Numbered from the whole stretch's first letter, positions 28,806 to 39,958 are shown. The stretch is DNA of 63,697 nt, filler included, from Octopus bimaculoides (GCF_001194135.2; 7 parts of 7 records of this genome joined end to end with filler, not necessarily neighbours in it); one strand, 5' to 3'. The notes: a model not told the origin generated them from the letters alone. Numbers and translations are program-made.

Positions 28806-29440
28806 TAATTGGCCAATTCTGTGGATTTGGCTTCTCGTGAAGGAGTGAGTACGATATCGCTGCAACTCTTTTGTGTTTCCTGCCTTGATATTGGTTCATC
28901 TGGGATCTTGGATGGTAAGGGGTCAAGTTGTTTCTTGAAAACCTCTACTCCCATTCCATGGAGGTCCCTCAGATGTTTTGGCAAGGAGTTAGATAGCTGT
29001 GGGCCTTTGAACCCCAAGCTATTGCAGTACATTGTCCTCGCCCTAGATGAGACAGCTGGGACTTATGGAACAGTGCAATGACGTCCATTTCGCGGTCTGG
29101 TATAACACTCAATTCCAAAGTTCGGTGCCAGCCCCTCCAGTATCTTCCATTCATATATCACTGCGTACCTCTCGCTCCAAGAAGTACAGTCGTAGCTCTT
29201 TCGGTCTCTCCTAGTAGCTTAGCTGTTCCATTGATGCAATCTTCCTCGTGAAGTATCTCTGAACCGCTCCAAGCTCTGCTATTAATCCTACAGTGCAGGG
29301 TGACCATAATTGAAAGCAGTAGTTTAAAAAATAATAATTTCGAACAATTTATATTAGAAAAGGATATTACAGTGATTGGGGGAAACAATAATCTGATCTT
29401 AGGTAAACACAATGAAAACTACAGCTATACTTCGATCTGA
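28806..29440 (-). mobile_element. CR1/L2-like LINE 3' fragment
   Basis: ERPKELRLYFLER...WKILEGLAPNFGIE...NSLGFKGPQLSNSLPKHLRDL...FKKQLD...IPDEP; a degraded CR1-type C-terminus. Confidence 0.75.
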
Positions 29441-29505
29441 TGATACAATAGGGCCATAAATCCAACATTTTATAACATATACAATATATATATATATATA
29501 CGTAA

Positions 29506-29667
29506 TACACGTGTATAAGGGATGACAACTAGGTGGACATCCAATATGCTAGAAAGAGGTTCGTCAATTTTTCTGGAGAACATTATTTTTCTTTGTGGTT
29601 GGCTCGTTGATGACCTCTTTCTAGCATATTGGATGTCCACCTAGTGGTCATCCCTTATACACGTGTA
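29506..29667. mobile_element. Small MITE-like hairpin element
   Basis: 55-bp inverted arms (29506-29560 and 29613-29667) with one mismatch and a 52-bp spacer. The outer TA could be the TSD, with the TIR starting CACGTG. Confidence 0.7.
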
Positions 29668-29697
29668 ATATAATTTTTTCTGAATTTTCAGATTTTT

Positions 29698-29703
29698 TTT
29701 ATT
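29698..29703 (-). terminator. Candidate polyadenylation signal of the tubulin gene
   Basis: AATAAA on the minus strand about 290 nt downstream of the stop codon; the first one I found after the stop. Confidence 0.35.
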
Positions 29704-29990
29704 TTTTATGTTAGGCGACTTGGTCTTAAATTGAATTAATATTCAATTTATCACCCTATATATATAGATATAGATATTAAAAAGAAATGATACTGAATAA
29801 ATTCAATAAAAATTGTCCAGGATTTTTGTTAGTACAAGTTAACTTTTAATGAAATCCGAGATGATATTGAATAAAACGTTTATGTAATAAATGATGACGA
29901 TGGTAGAGATATAAAATGGAAGGAAGATTATATCCAGAGATATCTTTAAAGGGAAGCAATTCTTTCGAAGGGAGATAATTCCTGTGCTCT

Positions 29991-30062
29991 TCATGATGTA
30001 GCCAGTGCTTCATAATTGTCAATGATACTTTGTACCGTCTCAAACGCATTCTCAAAATCATT
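29991..30062 (-). CDS. Zeta-tubulin-like gene, terminal coding exon
   Basis: Strong acceptor tctttttcttttctttttgtttcttcag|, phase 0. Encodes NDFENAFETVQSIIDNYEALATS* (tubulin helix H12; no acidic tail, as in delta/zeta tubulins). Confidence 0.9.
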   Translation of the reverse strand, partial: NDFENAFETVQSIIDNYEALATS

Positions 30063-30612
30063 CTGAAGAAACAAAAAGAAAAGAAAAAGAAAATACGTAA
30101 CGAGTGAATAGGATCAAATTTGATTTTTGTTTTTTGTAAAGAAAGGAGAAACCAAGCAGTTAACTTGGAGGACAATAGACACATGGTCGTCTTTAAGTTC
30201 TGCGTTCAAATTTAGCTGAGACCGACTTTGCCTTTCAACTTTTCGAGGCCTATAAAATAAAGTATCAGTTGAGCCCTGAGGTCTTGTAACAAAATAAGAA
30301 AAGAATATCTAATCCTTTAGGATAGGTGTGTATCCCAGTGATTGTGGTGGTTGGGGGTGGGGGTCTATTCACGATCATAAGGAGTGGATTCTTAGGCATC
30401 GAGCAGTGAGCTATGTTCTTGAATACGATACTTTATTTATGTTGTTCCAGTTTACTCAGTCGTAAATGAACACCACCTGAGTATTCGTGCATCTCTCTCT
30501 CTCTTTCTGTCTGTCTGTCTGTCACTGTCTATCTATCTATCTGTCTGTCTGTCACTCTGTCTATCTATCTATCTATCGATCGATCGATCGATCTACATAT
30601 CTATCTATCTTC

Positions 30613-30644
<32 letters not shown>

Positions 30645-30712
30645 TTGTCTGTTTAGTTACATATCTATCTATCTATCTATCTATCTACCTATCTATCTAT
30701 CTACCTCAATCG

Positions 30713-30999
30713 TGGATCAGAGACGAGCTGCAGTCATGGATCAAACAGAGACCGGGGCTAGGCGAATGGCACCGCGAGTGCCGCCTTGCTCTCAAGCAAC
30801 TCTGCCATCTGGGACCAAACTTGTGCAGCTTCAATTCCATGAAGGCATTCTATAGAGGATTATTGGAGAGGAGATGTGACGACGTTCTCGGGGAGAATCT
30901 GGGCAACGACGAGGAACTTCAGGGCAACTTTAGAGCTGGGACCTATGGACAATCACCAGAGATCCCTAGCTTGGAAGTGCTATCAAGAAGCATTGCCTG
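30713..30999 (+). mobile_element. L1/Tx1-like LINE fragment inside the last tubulin intron
   Basis: GC-rich block reading WIRDEL...SMKAFYRGLLERRCDDVLGENLG, then by frameshift PMDNHQRSLAWKCYQEALP, which resembles the LAWxC..xALP motif preceding zf-RVT. Confidence 0.55.
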
Positions 31000-31125
31000 A
31001 AATATTTTCGTCAGATCTCCTGTGTATTATGAAATAACAAAAAGCAAGTAAATAAAGATTCATTAAGCTTGCAATTAACAATGTAAAATGTAAATTCAGC
31101 AGAAACAACCAAACCCAAATATATC

Positions 31126-31505
31126 AAAACAGCCATCTATGTATCATACTTAATGTATATACATTGTTGAGAGAGAAGTTGCTGCAGCATTTGCTTTGAG
31201 GTAACATCTTTTATGGACTTGCTGTGTTAAAAACACAATAAATATCAGAGAAACATGAAAATAGAGATGATGAAATGGAGATGATAATTTGGTTGTGAGT
31301 ACATGTATTGAAGAGGTGCAAAAATGCTGAAATGCATCTGATGCTCTCATTAGCCACTGCTGAGGCAAACTTCCATCTCTCTCTGATACTTATTGTATTT
31401 TTAACACAGCACATCCATAATAGATGTTATCTCTGGACAAATAGTGAAGTAACTGGCCTACCGACTGTGTATATACATTTAGTGTGATACATAGATGGCT
31501 GTTTT
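31126..31505 (-). repeat. Long intronic inverted repeat (126-nt gapless arms, 128-nt loop)
   Basis: 31126-31163 pairs with 31468-31505 (36/38). 31211-31251 pairs with 31380-31420 (37 Watson-Crick + 3 GU of 41 on the minus strand). The intervening 47-nt blocks pair at about 30/47. Confidence 0.9.
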
Positions 31506-31563
31506 AATTAAATATTGCCTCAATTGTTTATACTGAACTTTCCAAATAAATCATTTCTTTTAC

Positions 31564-31721
31564 CTGTGAAGCTCCATGCTTCCAGTACCAATGTAAATAT
31601 GCCTTATTTTCATGCATTCTTTTAGCTTTGTATAAAGTTTTCTCCAAAAAGTCAGTTACATAGCCAGTGTTGGATGCCAGCGTCAGAGAAGAAACTTTCT
31701 CACCAGGAAGACAGTGATCGG
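31564..31721 (-). CDS. Zeta-tubulin-like gene, penultimate coding exon
   Basis: Acceptor cttgttgtttag|CC completes GCC (Ala) with the upstream phase-1 G. Encodes DHCLPGEKVSSLTLASNTGYVTDFLEKTLYKAKRMHENKAYLHWYWKHGASQ; the KAYLHWY helix is a tubulin hallmark. Donor CAG|GTAAAA, phase 0. Confidence 0.9.
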
Positions 31722-32033
31722 CTAAACAACAAGAAAGGTACACATGGACGTTTAATTATTTCTTTTAGATTTTCAAGTTACATTGATGATGAAGAGATCC
31801 TACAGCATGCTGGCCGATCTCCTATGATTGAAACCCTCCGTCATCATCATCATCGTTTAACGGCTTCCATGCATGCTATGCATGGGTAGGACAGTTCACA
31901 GGTAAAAAAACTGGCCAGGTAAAAAAAACTATCCCATGCTACTCTGTTTTTACAGTAAATGTTTCTATAAGACCCGCTGGTAACCTTCGTGTGAAACAAT
32001 TTTTTCCAAGTGCATTCAATATATCTCACCCCC

Positions 32034-32152
32034 AAAGATTTGGCTGCTCCATCTGTCACGCCCTGCTACCACGTAACAGTTATTTACGATAAAGGATCTG
32101 AAATACTTGTTATGTAGCAGCAGGGCATGCAAGAAATAGCAGCCAAATCTTT
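32034..32152 (-). other. Intronic pri-miRNA-like stem-loop
   Basis: 52-nt gapless arms (32034-32085 and 32101-32152) with a 15-nt loop. 41 Watson-Crick + 4 GU pairs on the minus strand. Confidence 0.7.
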
Positions 32153-32596
32153 CGCTTTCTGGGGAAAGGAACCGTTTACGTGTGATTTTGATGTCACATT
32201 CGTTGAAAGCATGCGAAATAACCTGGAAAGGAAAAAAAAAACCACGAAACAAAACTCCATTGCTGAGAAACTCAGACTTTCCCAGTGACACAACAGGTCA
32301 CAGGTAGTCTAGCACATCATATTTGTAATATGTGTAATTTATATAATTATGAAGTATTTTATAACATAATTTTATTATTAAGATGGTGCTAGGAGCATAA
32401 ATTAACATAAAGTAACAAGAAATTTTTATAGAAGGTTTTAATCTTGATCCTTCTAAAACAGGGGGTTTGTATCATAGAACCAATGGCAGTATCATATGGG
32501 TTGATATCAAAAGTGTTAGGGAAGAAGAAGAAGAAGAAGAACAACAACAACAACAAAAATAAACAAATACCTTGATATTTGTTGATACAATCTTAC

Positions 32597-32738
32597 CTGA
32601 CCAATAGTCGACTGGACACGGATTCCATGAAACGCAATTCAGGTTATTTTCAATCTGTTGTTGCCGTTTCTGTATGGCTTGTATGAAGTCATATGATTGG
32701 TTCTCACCTCGACCAACCAAAATATTTGAAACAGATTT
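32597..32738 (-). CDS. Zeta-tubulin-like (delta/zeta class) gene, internal exon; most 5' exon visible
   Basis: Translates KSVSNILVGRGENQSYDFIQAIQKRQQQIENNLNCVSWNPCPVDYWS plus 1 nt (142 nt). Donor is TCAG|GTAAGA, phase 1, matching the next exon. The xxVxRG and WNPxPVDxW segments resemble zeta-tubulin as I recall it. The 5' boundary is inferred from a non-canonical AC acceptor. Confidence 0.8.
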
Positions 32739-32764
32739 GTATGAGCAAAACATTAAGGGAAAAA
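32739..32764 (-). promoter_or_regulatory. Candidate U12-type branch point and AC 3' splice site
   Basis: Minus strand reads tttttCCCTTAATgttttgctcatAC|AAATCT. The branch-like A lies about 14 nt from the AC, and there is no AG between this exon and the SINE upstream. Confidence 0.6.
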
Positions 32765-33899
32765 TACGGAAATTATAATAAAAAGGTGCAGGCATGGTTG
32801 TGAGGTGAGGATCCATACTTGGTAACCATGAGGTTTCAGGTTCGGTCCCATTGCTTGGCACCCTGGACGAGCTAACCAATACCTTGTGGGTGAATTTGGT
32901 AGATGGAAACTGTGTGGAAGTCCATCATGTGTGTGTGTGTATATATATATATATATCGTTTAACGTCCGCTTTCCATGCTAGCATGGGTTGGACTACACA
33001 TATATATGAAATGCCTTAACTGAGGATGGTTTACAAAATGGATGTATTTCCTTTTATATATTACACAAACCTGAAACATACGTATTAAATGATTTCAAAA
33101 TATCACTATATATGCGTATATATATATATATATATACATATATATCATCATCATCATCATCATCAGTAGCAGCAGCATCATCATCATTATGACGTTCAGT
33201 TTTCCATGGCTCAGACAGAATTAAATGACACAAATTTTCTACAGCTGGATGCCCTTTCTGTCACCAACCCTTCCTGTCCATATTTCCCCATGGCCAGACA
33301 TACTTGCCAAGAAGACTGCAAACGAAGAAGAACGGAAACCGCTTTGCAATGTAAAGACAACGAGAGAGTAACACACATGCACGTACACACACATACAACA
33401 GGCTTNNNNNNNNNNNNNNNNNNNNNNNNNNNNNNNNNNNNNNNNNNNNTTAATTAATTAANNNNNNNNNNNNNNNNNNNNNNNNNNNNNNNNNNNNNNN
33501 NNNNNCGTAATAATTTACGTAGAAATATTCCACAGGAAATACGTATAGTGTGAGCGCGTGTATGTATGTGTATGTGTGTATGTATGTGTGTGTATGTATG
33601 TATGTGTGTGTGTGTGTCTATGTTTGTGTATGAGTACGTGAATGCATATGTGTGTGAAGGTATGAGTGTATGGCGTATGTATATGCGTGTGAAAAAGAGG
33701 GGAAGGGAAGAGAGTGACATTAGAGAGACTCAGACAAATATGAAAAATAAATTATAACTTATTAAATAAATAAATTAGTAAGTAAATAAAAGAAGCTAAT
33801 AAAATCTGCAGCGAAAGCCAAGGCAGTAACGTAGAAAGGAACGATAATGTTTACGATAATTAAAACAAAAAATTGCATATAGCACGATGATTACATTTG

Positions 33900-34133
33900 C
33901 AATACCATAGTGATGGAGGTGGTGTCGGTGGTGGCGGTGGTGGTGGTGGTGGTGGCTGATGGTGGTAGTGATGCGGTGGTAGTGTTCGTGTTGGTGGTTG
34001 TGATGGTATAGGTGGGGGCTGATCTAACGGCATTGGTGGTGTTCTCTACGACTAGTGGTAGTGGTGTTAGCGTAACGGTGTCGTTAGTAACAAGTAATGG
34101 CGGAGGAGGATTTAATGGCGGTGACGTAGTAGC

Positions 34134-34204
<71 letters not shown>

Positions 34205-35080
34205 TAGTAGTAGTAAGAGCAGCTTAGGTTTACAATGCATAAAATGTATGGTGCCCAAAATACTAATGAAGATGAGTATTTCGGCTTAGATTCGCTGCAG
34301 TATTTAGTTTGGTGGTGGTGCTGGTGCTAGTAGTAGTGGTGGTAGTGGTGGAGTTGTGGTGGTTGTGTGATGGCGGTTTGGCGTCTATAGTATGGCACTG
34401 TTAGTGATCGTGGTAGTATTAACAGGAATAGAATTTGGTCGTGATTGCAATCTGGAATCTGATGTTTGCTTTAGAAATGCTGGCAATGAGGATTGGATGA
34501 ATGTAGTGGTGGTTGTACCGCTACTACTACTGTTTGTTGTTGTTGTTGTAATCGTTGCAGCTGTCGTTGTTGTTGTTGTTGTTGTTGTTGATGATGATGA
34601 TGATGATGATAGTAATGGTGATGAGGATGATGACAATGATGATGATGAGGATGATGATGATGATGATAAGGATGATGATGATGATGACAATGATTATGCC
34701 ATTGCTAGTGGTGTGTTGTAATTTCAGTGGTAGCAGCTACATAGTCACGTGGGGTTAATGGAAATTCTGGTGCAGTTTGTAGTGGTGGTAACTGATGGTG
34801 TTAGTGGTGCTTCTGGTAGTGGTGATGATGGTAGTGACGACGGTGTCCGTGGTGGTGGTGGTGATAGTGGTGTTGGTGTTAATGGTGATGGTGATGACGG
34901 CGGTAGTGGTGATGATTATGTTAGTGATTATGGTGTTGGTGATGATGGTGATGCTGCTGAAAGTAATGGTGGTGGTGAGAGTAATAATAGTGTTATTGGC
35001 GATGATGATGATGGTAGTATGATTGATAATGTTAGTAGTGGTGTTGGTATTGGCGTTGATGGGGGTGATGAAAGTTATCT
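33900..35080. repeat. GGT/GTA/GAT/GTT trinucleotide low-complexity island
   Basis: Directly visible. Confidence 0.95.
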
Positions 35081-35943
35081 TTAATACTAATAATATGTGT
35101 GTGCCAATGCTGCGAAAGCAATCAATAAAATACTCTACCATATTCTTGATGACTAAATTTCTCGATGTATCGATCAAGCCATCAGATCTTTTAGGCCATC
35201 TCTGTGTCTTCTGATGACTAAATCTAATCATGCAGATCATGGGAACCGTCCGTATTATATTTTGGGAGCCAAAACTAATTTCTAGGACATGTGATTCAAT
35301 AATATAAACGAAACGAAAATCGTAACTTCTTTATCGATTACATGAATCTTACAAGCTATTGGTCATTCAAACTACGTCATCAAACACGTGACCACCTCTA
35401 TGTTATTAGTGGTTGATATTGCGATATTACTTCTCATGGATGACTAGTTGATCTTCACCCTTATTATTAGAGTTCACCGATAAAGAAAAATGACCGAAAC
35501 TTATTTTATCGATTTCGCATAATTCCAAATCAATGGAAAAAGGAGAAAACTTTTTGAAATAGGAATACGGTTAACTTTGTTTTAAGGGAGCTGGTAAAAT
35601 CGATTATATCGATTAAATCGATCCAAATATAATATTGGCGCTTATTTTATGGGACTCGCAGAAAGATATAAAAAAGAAGTCGATCCCTGGAGGGAATTTG
35701 ATGTCAAATCATTGATGTACCAAAATTTGAACGCCGTGGCATGACACGATGGTGGGGAAGGGGGGGCTAACTTCTCGAGGGATAATCGAAAATATAGAAC
35801 CAGCTCTTGGAGCTTACCATATAAAAGTCCTGACGTTGGTGATAGAAAATCAACACATCAAACATGCATCTCACATAAAAAAATCAACTTCAGATAATCT
35901 TCGACCTATATTATCATTATTATTATCATCATCATCATCATCA

Positions 35944-36006
<63 letters not shown>

Positions 36007-36599
36007 TCATTGCTGTTGTTGTTTTTGTTATTATTGCGATCATTATATGAAATTGAGGGACGGTAGGAACTATAGGGCTATACGACAAAGTGACGCACAG
36101 CATTTGGTTACATCCCTTTATATTCTAAGATCAATTCCCGCTAGAACCTATTTTGCAGTGATCGATAAAATTAAGTGGCTGTATTTAAGAACTGGTTACA
36201 ATCACGTCTGTGAGGTTAAGTTTGCTCCATAGCTCACTGGTTTTGGTGTTCGATTCTAGTGTGTGGTAGCATGATGAATATCTCCCATCACAGACTCAGG
36301 ACGACCGAAGCTTTGTAAATAGAATTGGGTCGCCGGAAACTGTGTGGAAGCCCGTATAAGAAATCGATCGTATTGTTTGGTGTTAGCCTTAATTCATGGT
36401 TCGATTTTTTACGGTCACGGGTGCCTTTAGCGGAGTCCCATATATTGCAAACATTTGAACTAACTTTCCGCTTTGAATACGGCCTTCTTTATACTTATTT
36501 AAGACGAACTGAAAAGGTTCATGGACACTGCTGTTGCCTCACTGACTAAACGATGCATCTACCTATCGAGTATGTGACCTTGATCCCTTTTCAAAATCT

Positions 36600-36734
36600 A
36601 TTATCATTATGTAATGAAAACACACAGCTTATTTTGGTGGGCGTGATGGTAAGTGTCAGCTGTCCATCTCCAGCAGACTAAGGTGACACTTGTTTACTCG
36701 ACAAGCTTCAAGAATCCTGCGAAGAATTCTTGCA

Positions 36735-36735
<1 letters not shown>
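36600..36735 (-). mobile_element. Short 5'-truncated copy of the LINE 3' end at 43700-43830
   Basis: Shares AAGTGTCAGCTGTCCA...CAGACTAAGGTGACACTTGTTTACT...CTGCGAAGAATTCTTGCA with 43741-43830. Confidence 0.75.
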
Positions 36736-36803
<68 letters not shown>

Positions 36804-36824
36804 CATTATTATTATTCAGTAGTC

Positions 36825-37250
36825 TTATTTTTATCACGTGCTTTCACTGCACTTCTGAGCGCANNNNNNNNNNTAGTCTTATTTTTATCACGTGCTTTCA
36901 CTGCACTTCTGAGCGCAGCTCTGTGTGCCTTGGATATGTGCTGTGGTTTGTTGTGATGCTCTTATTTTCACTGTATTGAAAGCGTAGGATGTGTGCAGTG
37001 CCTAGTAGTGCTATTTCCAGTAAGTTATATATGCTTGTAAGTCCTGGTGCGTTTGCTATATATTTGTCTGAATATTTTTTTATCATACTTAATGCGCCTA
37101 CTATGATAGGAATTGTTTCTGTTTTTAGACTCCACATTCGGGTTACCTCTATTTCCAGCTCTTGTATTTTGAAGGTTTCTCCGTTTCTTTTAGTGAAACA
37201 TTGTCATTTGTTGGTATTGATATATCAATTAGAAAGCATTTGTTTCTTTT
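36825..37250 (-). mobile_element. R4/Dong-like REL endonuclease 3' end
   Basis: KCFLIDISIPTNDNVSLKETEK...WSLKTETIPIIVGAL...IALLGTAHILR, ending at a (TAA)n tract. Confidence 0.8.
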
Positions 37251-37292
37251 ATTTTTATTTTTATTATCATTATTATCATTACCATTATTATA

Positions 37293-37338
<46 letters not shown>

Positions 37339-37450
37339 GTTGCTGCCTCTGACATTACATCAAAGGATGTTAAAATTCTAGGAAAGAAGAGTTCAGACTG
37401 TTTCAATAATTCTCGATAGTTTGATATTTCCAATATTCCTCAAGATTCTA

Positions 37451-37650
37451 GGGCGGCAAACTGGCAGGATCATGCTTAATAGCATTTCGTTCATCTTTAC
37501 GCTCTAAGTTCAAATTCCGCCAAGGTCGACTCTGCCTTTAAACCTTTCGAGGTGGATAAGAGAAGTACCAGTTGAGCACTAGGGTCGATTTATTCACCTT
37601 ACCTCCTACTATCGAAATTGCAGGCCTTATGCCGAAATTTGAAACCAATG
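37451..37650 (+). mobile_element. Family-1 SINE
   Basis: Head, B box, core and tail present. Confidence 0.8.
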
Positions 37651-39491
37651 TTAGGCAAGATTCTCTCTCTTCTTAATAAAACAGTCTTCATGAAACTTCC
37701 TCATGCCTTTCCTTATTTATAACTAAATTTCTTACCAATTATTCAGGCATAGTCATTCTCAGGCATTCTTGTACCAGCTTATCCAGCCGTTATAAATGCA
37801 TCACATTCATTCAAACATTCCAAAGTTTAGCAGTTCATTCTTCTGTCTTTCGTTTGCTATTTTTAATGAAATTTGTCGTAATTTTACCGACATTTTCTCT
37901 CATTGATATGGATCATATCAGCGTTGGTATAGACCCTTGAGAGCCATATAAGATTCTGGGGAGTCCATATAGGATTCCGGAGTTTTTGTGCAAGCAAATT
38001 AGCAAATTGGGGATCCACGGTAGCATTTTAAGAGTCCAAAAAAAGTTTGATTTACAGGTATTTATTGCAAGAAACAGTTCAGTTTCTTTCTCTAATGTTT
38101 TACATGATTCAATCTATACAAGTAAACGTGTGAGAAACATAATAGGAATTATGAAAGAAATATCTATAAAAACTAGGTTTTAAACATCGAATGGCTGGGG
38201 GTGGGGCTCCACCAGAATGAAATAATAAGCAAAGGAGTCCATAGATAACAAATGGTTGAGAACCCCTGGTATAGATTATATCAGCAACCTACATCTACTT
38301 TTGCCGGATATTTTCTTATACGAAATACAAACTCCTAATAAAAGATTTACATAGGTTAGTATTAAAGAATACTAACAACCGCTTCTATTTTTCTTTATTT
38401 TCTATTGGACGTCATCTACTCCATATGATTTTAAATGACAACGTATGTTTTCTCAATCATTTTTGTTGTTTTTGCCCATGCTACAGCAGCAAACATCAAT
38501 ATGTAGGTATAGATTTTACCATAATCCTTCTCTGCAAGTATTTGATAGCCAGTCATCTGGTGGAATATTTCTATTTTTTTCTTGTTGCTGTTGTTACGTA
38601 GCTTGTTCAGATTGATGTCATAAGAATCTCTCTCCATTTTTTGCACTCTCTCGTCACTATCGTTTGTTTTTTTTCTGTCAATGATGGAACAGCATAATCA
38701 ATGAGCTGTTGTTGTTGTTGTTGTTATTATTATCATTATTATTTATAATTCCAATCTGCCAAAGACGTTACGCTATACAGCATTTATCTTTATACTACTC
38801 AAGACGCCGTTATTCAGTTAAAAAAAAAATACCTTAGATTCTACCAAATTTTCTTTAATATAAAATCCAGTTATTTTCTTCAAAATACATTCCCCAAATT
38901 TCTTTATTACCGTTTTTCTTCGATGTTTCTTTCTCACTTTTTATACAATAATATTCTTTTCTGATTTCCATCTTTTGTGCATTTCTTATCCACTCACCAT
39001 TTTTCATTGCCGTATAGCACGCCACTGCCTCCATTCATAGACACTTCTTTCATATTCTTACCATTTCTCTCTCAGTTATTCTTACCAGGAATTATCCTTC
39101 ATCACTAACTTGTCTACCAAACAGAGGATTTTCTACTTAGAAATATCATATCTTAATAATTTCATCCAACATCTCTGGAATCGATGTGAAGTATGAAACC
39201 ACATTTATCATATACCCACCCACGGAAACTGCTTCCCACATTGTAAATTTTGGTAGATTTTTGTCCAATTGTTCCAACTTGACAAGTAATTCTGTACAGA
39301 TTCTGATTTCAGTCGAAATTTTAGCAACTTATAGATCATATTTACCTGGATCAACTAATATCATTGTCCTAATATTAGAATTACCATAGAAGAAGAGGAA
39401 GAAATAGAAGAAGCGGAAGAAAGAGAAGAAGAAGGAAGAGGAGAAGAGGAGAAGGAGAAGAAGAAGGAAGAGGAGAAGAGAAGCGGGAGAA

Positions 39492-39552
<61 letters not shown>

Positions 39553-39819
39553 GAGTCAAAATTAAAAGAAGAGTGCCACCGTTATCTAGGGAACGATATT
39601 TTGACATCTCGTGTGTCTTCAACTGGTTCAAAAAATAAATTTGTCAATCTACTTCATTTTGGTTAATATAGATAGGATTCAGTGGCACTCTTCTTTTAAT
39701 TTTGACTCTATATCTTCAGGAGTTACCTCAATCCTTTCTATATTAATAATAATAATAATAATAGTAATAATAATAATAATAATACTGATAATAATAATAA
39801 TAAATAAATCATATTATCT

Positions 39820-39958
39820 CTGGCTGCCCAGTCCTGGCTAAGAAGGAATATATTCACAGACACGACAGAGCTGGGACCTATATACACTGGAAGCTATGCC
39901 AACATTATGGAATAGCAACAGAAAAAAGATGGTATAAACACACGCCAGAAAAGGTCAC
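39820..39958 (+). mobile_element. R4/Dong-like fragment cut by an assembly gap
   Basis: KKEYIHRHDRAGTYIHWKLCQHYGIATEKRWYKHTPEKV. Confidence 0.75.

Noticed and set aside
32030-32222. Apparent extra minus-strand exon (ttttcctttccag|GTTATT...GGG|GTGAGA) inside the tubulin intron
   Set aside because: No frame resembles tubulin, and the flanking exons already join in phase. The open frame overlaps the hairpin. A poison exon cannot be excluded without RNA-seq.
36820-36920. 44-bp direct repeat either side of a 10-N gap (similar cases at about 42955-43035 and 58128-58540)
   Set aside because: Most likely unmerged contig overlap duplicated across the gap.
38431-38700. Possible exon ending ...LAEKDYG|GTAAAA
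   Set aside because: No recognisable homology; embedded among degraded LINE-like sequence.
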